In this document: piece by piece, positions 18,796 through 27,234 of the stretch | Numbering within the stretch: position 1 is the stretch's first letter | How the letters are laid out: every line of letters starts with the position of its first letter | NCBI GenBank assembly: GCA_016845345.1 | Contig: JAERSV010000080.1 | Location: 8,750 to 72,749 of the forward strand | From: Methanobacteriota archaeon | GTDB lineage: Archaea > Thermoplasmatota > Poseidoniia > Poseidoniales > Thalassarchaeaceae | Length of the DNA stretch: 64,000 nt | Reading direction: 5' to 3' | Notes under the pieces: model-generated | The model's database searches: none | Seen by the model: only the letters and a program-made list of their open reading frames with translations | What the model was told of the DNA's origin: nothing | Position numbers and translations under genes: made by a program

Positions 18796-19683
18796 TCAAG
18801 ACAAAGCAGATTCACGGACAACAGATAGTTGTCCATGACCAAGGTCTGAAAGTTTCCAGGTCGCCTTACGACCTTTTCCATCCTTATCGATTAACTCTCG
18901 CTCTTGCAGTTGTTTCAGGTGGTAAGCCATCAATTGTTTTGACGCTTCTAACTTTGTTCTGATTTCAACAGTTGAAATCCCCAAATCCCCTGCGCTGGAG
19001 AGTACCTCCAAAATTGCTCTTTGCATACCGGTAACGGGACTCTCAAGCTCATACAATTTCTTAGGGTCAATTCCCGTAATTGCATATCTTCTACGCCTAC
19101 CATCTTGCCAAGAAATCAACTCTCCAGCCTTTTCTAATTGGTGCAAATGGTACGCGGTTACGCCATTGGCTAGTGCGAGAGCATCGCGAAGTGCAGAGAA
19201 GTGTATCCCAGGGTGTGCCTCAACATAACCCTCAATTCGGCCGCGTGTTTGAACATCTTTCTCTTTACCATGAAGTTTCGCCAAAAGTGGACCGGCTAGA
19301 GCCAAGACAAGACCTGTCTTCACCCCCTCACTGACTATCACACCTACTCCAAGTGAGCCGACCAATCCAATGGTTACAAGGGCTAGAAGTAGCGCGGCAA
19401 TGATTGAGGTGAATCCTACAGTTGCTATTTCGCCTGCTCCATCCGCTGCAAGCGGTTCATCATTTCTAGAATCGGCTGATTCTGGTGTAGCACCACTGCT
19501 ATCATCCTCCTCGGCGCTATCATCTGTAGCGGCCATTTCTGCAACAAAATTTTCTTCTTCGTCGACTTGTTGTTCCTCTTGAGGCGTGAAATAATCAATC
19601 AGCAAAGCGCTGTTGTAAGCTGTTACAAGAAGGCCTAACACCGCTATTAGCGCTAACAGCCGGTATCCAACAACTCGGTTCAT
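18796..19683 (-). CDS. Membrane-tethered transcription regulator with two N-terminal-region TM helices, an acidic linker and tandem winged-HTH domains
   Basis: The TM helices are LLALIAVLGLLVTAY and IIAALLLALVTIGLVG. Two wHTH-like segments are GIHFSALRDALALANGVTAYHLHQLEKAGELISWQDGRRRRY and ISTVEIRTKLEASKQLMAYHLKQLQERELIDKDGKGRKATW. The start was chosen at the MNRVV Met (19683) because the TATA-like motif sits only 19 nt from the upstream Met at 19713. Confidence 0.5.
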   Translation of the reverse strand: MNRVVGYRLLALIAVLGLLVTAYNSALLIDYFTPQEEQQVDEEENFVAEMAATDDSAEEDDSSGATPESADSRNDEPLAADGAGEIATVGFTSIIAALLLALVTIGLVGSLGVGVIVSEGVKTGLVLALAGPLLAKLHGKEKDVQTRGRIEGYVEAHPGIHFSALRDALALANGVTAYHLHQLEKAGELISWQDGRRRRYAITGIDPKKLYELESPVTGMQRAILEVLSSAGDLGISTVEIRTKLEASKQLMAYHLKQLQERELIDKDGKGRKATWKLSDLGHGQLSVVRESALS

Positions 19684-19718
19684 GTTGACTCCTGAGAACA
19701 GGATTGCACCCATAACGA

Positions 19719-19739
19719 AGTTGGTTCAATGATTTTACC
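19719..19739 (-). promoter_or_regulatory. Second copy of the shared promoter/operator motif (GGTAAAATCATTGAACCAACT)
   Basis: It matches 18521..18541 at 20 of 21 positions and lies 35 nt upstream of the ATG at 19683. Confidence 0.5.
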
Positions 19740-19879
19740 AAATTTTAAACAGACCTTCTCACTGAAATTGTCTACTAATATCATCCATCATCAATAATTT
19801 CAGGGCTGAATCTGTGTGAAAATATTGGTTGTGACGCGTGTTCATCTTCAGCCAAAGATTACTTTTCTGTACTTTCTTA

Positions 19880-21802
19880 TCATTCAACTTCATTTGATTT
19901 ATTGCCATTAGCAATCGCTATTATTAGAACTAAAATTACTAAAATTAGTGGTACTGTATATGTGATAATATCAGCACTTCCGGAGGTATCTGATGGTTCG
20001 TTATTACCACTTGTAACCTCTTTATTTGCTAAACTGCATTCCATTTCATCGAGCACTTGCTCGGAAAAGAACACATTGCACTGGATTTTCTCAATTTCAG
20101 TGTTTCTAAGAATTATATCGGCTAAAGTTGTGCTATCTATCTGGTCTTGGATATCCTCCATATCTGAAAATTCCGAACCATAATACAGCCTGTCACCATC
20201 TCTCAATCTTGTGAATTGCTCTTTGATTATGACATGCATCGTCTCTCCGAGAGCTGAATTTTCGAGGTGTTCTTCTGCCAACATTCCAATCAATGCATCA
20301 ACACTGTCAACATCAGGATATGTGTTGTTCAAGGCTTCAATAGTTGTATTGTCGCTTGTGAAATCACTCCAATTCGTATATCGTGCTAATCCAAATGCTT
20401 CGCGCACGGTGTTGAAATCAGGTACCCCGTGGTCTCGTCCTCGTTGAGTATCAATGGCACACAAATCCATACCCCCTGCACCTGGAGGGCCAAACATTTG
20501 GTTTCGTAAATCGTCGACGAACATCAAATCATTTTCTGGTTGAACATTGAAGGCAAGACCGCGCAATATAGGCCCAATCCCACCGCCCTCGGTAATTGGT
20601 GTAACATCAAAGAATCCCTCCCTAAGTGCGAGATGACCCCCTGTTGCCGTCATTCGTGACTCATTCAGTCTTAACATCGAACTTCCAATTTGACTATGAC
20701 CCATGCGGAATGCAACTGTTGCAAACTCATTTGAAATGGCTGGGTTAATTGTCGAATCATATCCACTGTAGGAATCTAATTCAATTCCCAAAGATGGCAA
20801 GAATTCATTGTAGGTGATTGACTCAATCAATCCGATATTTATGTGCCGTGCATATTGGTAAATCTGCTCATCAGACCAGTCAGGATTCCTATCCAAGATT
20901 TCACCAGCCAAACGGTTGTGTTCCCTAACAAATAAAATATGCATAGAAAGTAATGCTACGTGCTCATTTGCTCTCGCATCTCCTGCCACGAATGAATTAG
21001 AGAAATTGAAGCCAGCAAATGACATGCCTGGTGTTGTAGGGTCTTCTGCATAATTTGCTTGGGGCAATAAATCACCTTCATCAAAATCACTAACTTTCAT
21101 CCTACCATCTTGGTATTCTCGCAACCAATTCGCTCGTCCTTCATCACTGCCATATACTACTGAACCATCAATCCAAGTTGAAATCGTGTTAGGATGTTCT
21201 CTCTGATTTAGTGGGTCTCCGTCCCCCGTGCCCTCAGCCACTAATGAACGGAAAAATCTCATTTGTAAACCGCCAGGGAATCCCATCCATTCATCGTTTT
21301 CTGAAATTGGAATATATGCTGTATCCGGTTGATCTTGATTTGGTGTCCTACCATCTTGAGTTGTCGTATGGTCAATATCATGGGTGATGAACTGTCCCCA
21401 CAGCCAGTTGTAGTCAGACAATCCTCGTGAATCAGGGTGTGACTGATCTTCTTGACAAAGGGAATTGCTAATTTCACGTGGGTTCGGAATATCCTCACGG
21501 TCCCAAAAAGTGAGGTTTTCACCATCAGTTGTAGGATATCTCTCTGCGAATCGAGAAAGTTCCGACCCGACTACCCCATATTCAGGGTGTTCGATATTTA
21601 CCCCAGAACCATCATATCCATACTGGGCCCCAGCATCGATGACAGATTCATCTGTTGAGGCATAGGTCGTAGCACCATCCTCCTTTTCAATACTTGAAGC
21701 CGACACTGTTGCCAATCCTAACAACATGAAAAGTGCAACTGTTAATGATGCAAATCTTTTGCGATTTGAGACTTCGTTATTTGATTCAAAATTTCTTGGC
21801 AT
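19880..21802 (-). CDS. Animal-haem-peroxidase (peroxidase-cyclooxygenase superfamily) homologue, secreted with a C-terminal TM anchor. The catalytic motifs are intact.
   Basis: It has the distal GQFITHDIDH, the Ca-binding loop WIDGSVVYGS, GDARANEH (catalytic Arg and Glu), SMHILFVREHNRLA, and QRGRDHGVPDFN (putative proximal His). The signal peptide is LTVALFMLLGLATVSASS and the C-terminal helix is VPLILVILVLIIAIA. Confidence 0.75.
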   Translation of the reverse strand: MPRNFESNNEVSNRKRFASLTVALFMLLGLATVSASSIEKEDGATTYASTDESVIDAGAQYGYDGSGVNIEHPEYGVVGSELSRFAERYPTTDGENLTFWDREDIPNPREISNSLCQEDQSHPDSRGLSDYNWLWGQFITHDIDHTTTQDGRTPNQDQPDTAYIPISENDEWMGFPGGLQMRFFRSLVAEGTGDGDPLNQREHPNTISTWIDGSVVYGSDEGRANWLREYQDGRMKVSDFDEGDLLPQANYAEDPTTPGMSFAGFNFSNSFVAGDARANEHVALLSMHILFVREHNRLAGEILDRNPDWSDEQIYQYARHINIGLIESITYNEFLPSLGIELDSYSGYDSTINPAISNEFATVAFRMGHSQIGSSMLRLNESRMTATGGHLALREGFFDVTPITEGGGIGPILRGLAFNVQPENDLMFVDDLRNQMFGPPGAGGMDLCAIDTQRGRDHGVPDFNTVREAFGLARYTNWSDFTSDNTTIEALNNTYPDVDSVDALIGMLAEEHLENSALGETMHVIIKEQFTRLRDGDRLYYGSEFSDMEDIQDQIDSTTLADIILRNTEIEKIQCNVFFSEQVLDEMECSLANKEVTSGNNEPSDTSGSADIITYTVPLILVILVLIIAIANGNKSNEVE

Positions 21803-21804
21803 TT

Positions 21805-23715
21805 TTATTCCTCCTCGATTTCTTTTTCCTCTAGGTTCTCTATTTCTCTTCCTGAAAATACTACTACCGCTATCAACATTAATGCTATCATTATCCCTAC
21901 ATAGGTGCTCGTTTTAGTTGAACTTACCCCATCATTTCCTCCTGAAATGAGCGGAGCATCTGAATTTGCCAGATGGCACTGAAAACTGCTGGCATCGCTC
22001 TCAGCAAAGAATACATCGCATTGAATCGATTCAATTCCTGTATTTCGGAGGATAATATCAGACAACCGCAGAGAATTGAACTCACTGGTTAACGAATTTA
22101 ACTCAGCATCATTCTCATACCAGAATCTATCTGCATCACGCAGTCTTTGGAACTGGTCCAATACCAACATCTGTTGGGTTTCCCCATAGATTGAATATTC
22201 GAGTCTATCTTCTGCCATTACACCGATATATGCATCGATGCTATCAACATCTAGATACGCTGATGCTAATTTTTGTTGTGAATCAACATCTGAACTGATA
22301 TCACTCCAATTCGTGACCCTCTCAAGCCCAAGACCTTCTCTTAATGAATTGTAATCTGTGAGTCCACGGTCACGGCCTCGTTGGATGTCCATTGCACAAT
22401 CATCCATCCAGCCACCCCACATTGCCCCACTCATCAAGTTGCGAAGACTGGGGATAACTGCCAAATCCATTTCTCTTTGAGTATCGTATGCAGCACCTCG
22501 AATCGTGGTATCAATTCCACCAACCTCAATTAGTGAAGATGAGGTCCAAAAGCCATCCCTCAAATCCAAATGTCCGACTTCAGTTTCGTTGAGTCCTTCA
22601 TCAAATTGCAGCCAACCATCAGCCATCTGACTACCTGTAGCAAATCCTGCTAACAAGATGTATTCATTACTTAATTGTGGATTAATAGTTGAATTATAAC
22701 CGGTATAATCATCCAAATTAATTCCAATGGATGGGAGATATTCATTGTATGTAATCGCTTGAATTTCAGCCTGAACTAATTTCTTCGTCCGCTGAAATAC
22801 CTGTTCATCATTCCAATCAGAATTGCGCTCGCTCACACCATCTGCAATTCGGTTGTGTTCCCTGATGAACAAGACTTGCAGTGAAGTGAGACCAATGTGC
22901 TCTAGGTTCCTTGAATCACCGGTAAAAAATTGGAGATTGGGGTCATCCCCCGACGCACTCTCTACATATTCAGTTATGCGAGCAGGTACCATGTCCCAAC
23001 CTCGAACGTCGGTTACTTTTAGACGCCCCCCCTCACCACTGCGAAGATAATCTTGAAATTCTACACTAAAGGAATATATTGAGCCCCCATCAATCCAACT
23101 ACTCACCTCATTCGGATACTCCCGAGGATTTTCTTCACCATCTCCTGTACCAGAAATGAATTCAGTTCGTAAATATTTGATTCGTGAATCTTCTACACCT
23201 CCTGGATTCATAATTCCATCATCAATTGGAATCAGAATGTGTGCCTCTTCCAGTCCACCTTCATGAGAAGAGTCTTGATGAGTGGTGAGTTGCATATCGT
23301 TGTTGATAAATTCAGACCAAAGTACATTCATGTTTGAAAGACCAAGTGGACTTGGTGTAACACTTGTTTCTACACAAACTTGATTCGAAATAATTCGTGG
23401 ATTTTCATATTCGGGGTGCGCCATTTCAGAGATATTGTCATCAAAAGATGGTGAAGTTAATCGATTGATTTGGCTGTCAACCGCACCCCAATCGTTGTTA
23501 GCAATATTATTGCCACTACCATCATTATTTCTCATTTCTTGCGGTGCCATTTCATCATCAGATGCGAACAAACTCGACTCTTCTTTAGCAACTGGTGTTG
23601 CGGCTGTTGGAAGCGATAACGAGACCGATAAGAGCAAAATTGCCATTATTTGTGAGAAGAAGCGAGTTGCAGTGAAGCCTCGAGAACGCTTTTGCAACCT
23701 ATAGGGGGTAGACAT
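21805..23715 (-). CDS. Paralogous peroxidase-family protein with degenerate active site (putative pseudo-peroxidase), secreted with a C-terminal TM anchor
   Basis: It aligns to the upstream paralogue (GDSRNLEH, LFIREHNRIA), but the distal His is replaced (SEFINNDMQ), the Ca loop is degenerate (WIDGGSIYSFS) and RDHG has become RDRG. It lies 2 nt downstream of the first paralogue. Confidence 0.65.
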   Translation of the reverse strand: MSTPYRLQKRSRGFTATRFFSQIMAILLLSVSLSLPTAATPVAKEESSLFASDDEMAPQEMRNNDGSGNNIANNDWGAVDSQINRLTSPSFDDNISEMAHPEYENPRIISNQVCVETSVTPSPLGLSNMNVLWSEFINNDMQLTTHQDSSHEGGLEEAHILIPIDDGIMNPGGVEDSRIKYLRTEFISGTGDGEENPREYPNEVSSWIDGGSIYSFSVEFQDYLRSGEGGRLKVTDVRGWDMVPARITEYVESASGDDPNLQFFTGDSRNLEHIGLTSLQVLFIREHNRIADGVSERNSDWNDEQVFQRTKKLVQAEIQAITYNEYLPSIGINLDDYTGYNSTINPQLSNEYILLAGFATGSQMADGWLQFDEGLNETEVGHLDLRDGFWTSSSLIEVGGIDTTIRGAAYDTQREMDLAVIPSLRNLMSGAMWGGWMDDCAMDIQRGRDRGLTDYNSLREGLGLERVTNWSDISSDVDSQQKLASAYLDVDSIDAYIGVMAEDRLEYSIYGETQQMLVLDQFQRLRDADRFWYENDAELNSLTSEFNSLRLSDIILRNTGIESIQCDVFFAESDASSFQCHLANSDAPLISGGNDGVSSTKTSTYVGIMIALMLIAVVVFSGREIENLEEKEIEEE

Positions 23716-23872
23716 CTCTCAACCACTTTTTACGAGTAGTTCCTCGGGTTAGAACCTTTTTCTATGGAATGAACTTAAATTTTTTGAACTGTACGATTTA
23801 ATTGTGTGGGGATGTTTCATAGGTAAAATCTCTGTGGTTAATGTTGCCGAAGTACGCGCGAGGGGTTCCATA

Positions 23873-26143
23873 ATGGCAATAAATCAAATTCAACGCCCCA
23901 AAAAAATTGCAATAATTTTGGCAATTCTAACGATTGCAAGCCTTCTTTCAGCACTTCCCTCTCCAGCACTTGCACATTCACAGGGTGTACCAACTGAAAC
24001 AATGGTTACCTTCACCGATGTTTCCGAAGCAAGTGGCATAAGTATCATTGACACTGGTCCAAAAACAAATTGGGTTAGTTATGGACCGGGAATTTCGGTT
24101 GATGATTGTGACCAGGATGGAGACATGGATGTCATGGTTACTGCAAGATACGACCATCTATCTTACGAAAATTCCGAATTTGAATCCGGTTCAATTCAAT
24201 TTATGTTGAACAATGGAGATGGAACATTCACAGACTGGACCATTGAATCTGGCATGAATTTAGAAAATACAACTGTAATCGGGTCTTCTTGGGCAGATTA
24301 CGATAATGATGGTGACAAAGATGTTTATCTCAGCGCTTTTGGCGAATCAGATGTTGATAATTTAGAATCGGGTGAGAAAAATATCCTCTTCAAAAATATT
24401 GGAAATTGTCAGTTTACTGATGTCACTGACCTGACTGGTGTGGGCGAAGGTGCTCAAGCCACCGCCGTTGTAGTAAATGGAAACGTCACGGAAGTTGTAA
24501 TGCAAAATGTAGGGTCAAATTATGCAACATCTGGCGGACTTGCTCCTGCAATTTATTTCCGTGATGCCTACGGTAATGGCGCAGTCGCTGAGGCTATTGT
24601 CACAGTTGACGGTGCTATATCATCGGTTTCCATTACCAATGGAGGCGAGGGTTACGACTCTGAAAATCCACCTGAAGTGATATTTGTCAGCGGTGTGGCT
24701 AACTACGGCCATAGCACAACTGCAATTTGGTCTGACTACGACCATGATGGTGATGTTGACCTCTATTCAATGAATCTCGGCATTGTCGATGAAGAATTAT
24801 ACTGGGCGCGTACAGAAACCAACTTTCTCTATCGAAATGACGGCGATATTGACGGCGACGGTGAGATAGAATTCAGTGATGTAACAAATTTCGCTGGTGT
24901 CAGCGGCCAAGCCGAAGTCTCAGATTCGCCGAATCAATTCTTCCTTTCAGGACTCTACAGAATGGACCAAGCCAGTCCTTCAAACCCCTCAACCATGGCA
25001 CAAATCGCTTCCGCAGATTATCTAGGAACTGGGCTTTCCTTTGCAGGATTATGGTTTGATTATGATAATGATGGCTGGGAAGATCTCTACGTTGCCTCAG
25101 ATTTTGGTATGTCACCAATCTATCACAATAATCGCGACGGTACTTTCACTGTGGTTACAAAAGAGTTGGAAATGGACCTGCCCGGTACTGGCATGGGAGC
25201 ACATGCAGGGGATTGGGATGGAGATGGAGACCTTGACCTGTGTCACTCAAACTTCGGGCCAAACTACCTTTGGGAAAACGATGGTGGGAATTCATTCACT
25301 GAGAGAAGCCGTGACTTGGGATTCCGTGATGCAGGCACCGCTGGCTCATTTGTTGCGGTGAACTGGGCTTGCCAATTCTTTGACTACGACCTTGATGGGG
25401 ATTTGGACATCTTCTTTGGAGTTGGAAGAATCAACCGCTTTACAGCCTACAATAATAATACATTATACAGAAATGATGGTGATATTGATGGTGATGGTTT
25501 TGTCAATTTTGTTGATATTAGTGGCGAAATCGGCTTAAGAACTGGAATTAATGGAAACAAAACCATGGGAGTTTCAATCTTTGATTACGATAATGATGGT
25601 GACTTAGATATCATGCTTGGTCACTCAGACAGAGCACCTCAATTATTCTCAAACAATGCTGTTGAGGAAACCAGCCGCCATTGGCTAAAAGTTCAACTTG
25701 AAGGACGACAGACAGATGTCGCTACATCCGAAAGTGGTGGACAGCGCGATTATTCAAACAGTTATGGTACTGGATGCTTAGTTACCGTGACCCTCAAAGA
25801 TGGTCACCAATTAAGTCAACACGTGTATGCTGGAAGCGGATTCTTAGGAAGTAACGAACCAACTGTTCACTTTGGTTTGGATACTGATGATTCGGTAAAA
25901 TCAGTTGAGGTTGTTTGGTCGACGGGGATTACCCAAATTGAAAGAAATGTTGAAGCAGACCAAACTCTTGTGATGGAGGAACCAACGAGTTTGTTCTTCA
26001 TGCTTTTTGGTATTGGATTACATCAAAATATTAATTCAGCCCTCTATCTATTATTCACTATCATCTTGATTGGTGCTGTATTCAAAATTTATAACACCAA
26101 AAATGATTCAACAACTGAAGATAAAAACTCAGAAGAAGAGTAA
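23873..26143 (+). CDS. FG-GAP repeat / CRTAC1-ASPIC(UnbV)-like cell-surface protein with signal peptide and C-terminal TM
   Basis: It has repeated Ca-binding FG-GAP-type motifs (YDNDGDKDVYLS, DYDHDGDVDLYS, DYDNDGWEDLYVASDFG, DWDGDGDLDLCHSNFGPNYLWEN, DYDLDGDLDIFFG, DYDNDGDLDIMLG) and a C-terminal ASPIC-like segment (GSGFLGSNEPTVHFGL). The ORF is open from 23804; ATG 23873 was chosen because GGTAAAATC sits 42 nt upstream. Confidence 0.6.
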   Translation: MAINQIQRPKKIAIILAILTIASLLSALPSPALAHSQGVPTETMVTFTDVSEASGISIIDTGPKTNWVSYGPGISVDDCDQDGDMDVMVTARYDHLSYENSEFESGSIQFMLNNGDGTFTDWTIESGMNLENTTVIGSSWADYDNDGDKDVYLSAFGESDVDNLESGEKNILFKNIGNCQFTDVTDLTGVGEGAQATAVVVNGNVTEVVMQNVGSNYATSGGLAPAIYFRDAYGNGAVAEAIVTVDGAISSVSITNGGEGYDSENPPEVIFVSGVANYGHSTTAIWSDYDHDGDVDLYSMNLGIVDEELYWARTETNFLYRNDGDIDGDGEIEFSDVTNFAGVSGQAEVSDSPNQFFLSGLYRMDQASPSNPSTMAQIASADYLGTGLSFAGLWFDYDNDGWEDLYVASDFGMSPIYHNNRDGTFTVVTKELEMDLPGTGMGAHAGDWDGDGDLDLCHSNFGPNYLWENDGGNSFTERSRDLGFRDAGTAGSFVAVNWACQFFDYDLDGDLDIFFGVGRINRFTAYNNNTLYRNDGDIDGDGFVNFVDISGEIGLRTGINGNKTMGVSIFDYDNDGDLDIMLGHSDRAPQLFSNNAVEETSRHWLKVQLEGRQTDVATSESGGQRDYSNSYGTGCLVTVTLKDGHQLSQHVYAGSGFLGSNEPTVHFGLDTDDSVKSVEVVWSTGITQIERNVEADQTLVMEEPTSLFFMLFGIGLHQNINSALYLLFTIILIGAVFKIYNTKNDSTTEDKNSEEE

Positions 26144-26155
26144 TAATAGGGCGGG

Positions 26156-27226
26156 ATGAAACAATCCATTGGGGCGAGCATGGCTGGTAAGAAATCAACA
26201 TCAAATGAGGACGATGGAGGTCCAAAACTTGATGATGATAAATTGGAGAAAAAACTCCGCGCATCTGCTCGTACTGTCGTCAGAACTTGTATGCAAATGC
26301 GGTCATATGAAAATACACTAATTATCACTGACCCATATACCGCTCAAATAGGCCAAGCGATTTACGAGCAAGCCTCACTAATCTCTGAAAGAGTACTCCT
26401 CTTGATGATGCCATCTTCTCATCAGCATGGCGATGAACCGCCAGGCGCAGTCTCTGAATTGATGCGTAAACAACAGGTTGTAATCGCTCCAACGCGGTTC
26501 TCACTGACGCATACGCGGGCAACGCGAATTGCCCGCAATGATGGGGCTAGAATAGCAACTCTACCGGGGATTACACTTGACATCTTTACAGAAGGAGGCA
26601 TGACTGCAGATTTTGACCGCCTCCGTGAGGAAATCACAAGGGTAGGAGGCAATCTCAAACGCCGACGTCACATCAAGATAACAAGCGAGGCTGGAACCGA
26701 TGTTGAATTTGAAGTCGAACATCGACGATGGAAACTAGAAGACAATGGGATTTGCAACCGGCCAAGTCATGTTACAAATCTACCAGCAGGAAAAATTTTC
26801 ACTAGGCCAAAGAAAGATACGATGAATGGGAAATTAGTGATTGATGGGTCTTGGGATTCCACACTTCTTGAGGAACCACTGACATTCACGATTAGAGATG
26901 GACTGGTAACTTCTGTGCAAGGTGGACCTATGGCTGAACTCATCGAAGAAGCATATGAAAGAGCGGCTGAAAGACTGAAACCAAAGGACAAAGACTTGGT
27001 TTGGACAGTTGCAGAATTTGGATTTGGAATGAATCCTAAAGCGCGACTAGTTGGTAATGTATTGGAGGATGAGAAGGTCAAAGGAACCTGTTACTTGGGA
27101 TTCGGGGATAATACTGCTCTTGGAGGTTCTGCAAATGTTGGTATACACCACACAGCAGTGATGCTTGAACCTACAATTCACCTTGATGAAATGGTTCTTC
27201 TGCAAGCTGGTGAAGTCCTTGACTGA
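26156..27226 (+). CDS. M29-family (AmpS/PepS-like) aminopeptidase (tentative)
   Basis: The C-terminal pattern EFGFGMNPKARLVGNVLEDEKVKGTCYLGFGDN...GIHHTAVML resembles the aminopeptidase T/S family. It starts 13 nt after the previous gene. Confidence 0.45.
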   Translation: MKQSIGASMAGKKSTSNEDDGGPKLDDDKLEKKLRASARTVVRTCMQMRSYENTLIITDPYTAQIGQAIYEQASLISERVLLLMMPSSHQHGDEPPGAVSELMRKQQVVIAPTRFSLTHTRATRIARNDGARIATLPGITLDIFTEGGMTADFDRLREEITRVGGNLKRRRHIKITSEAGTDVEFEVEHRRWKLEDNGICNRPSHVTNLPAGKIFTRPKKDTMNGKLVIDGSWDSTLLEEPLTFTIRDGLVTSVQGGPMAELIEEAYERAAERLKPKDKDLVWTVAEFGFGMNPKARLVGNVLEDEKVKGTCYLGFGDNTALGGSANVGIHHTAVMLEPTIHLDEMVLLQAGEVLD

Positions 27227-27234
27227 AGAAAAAT

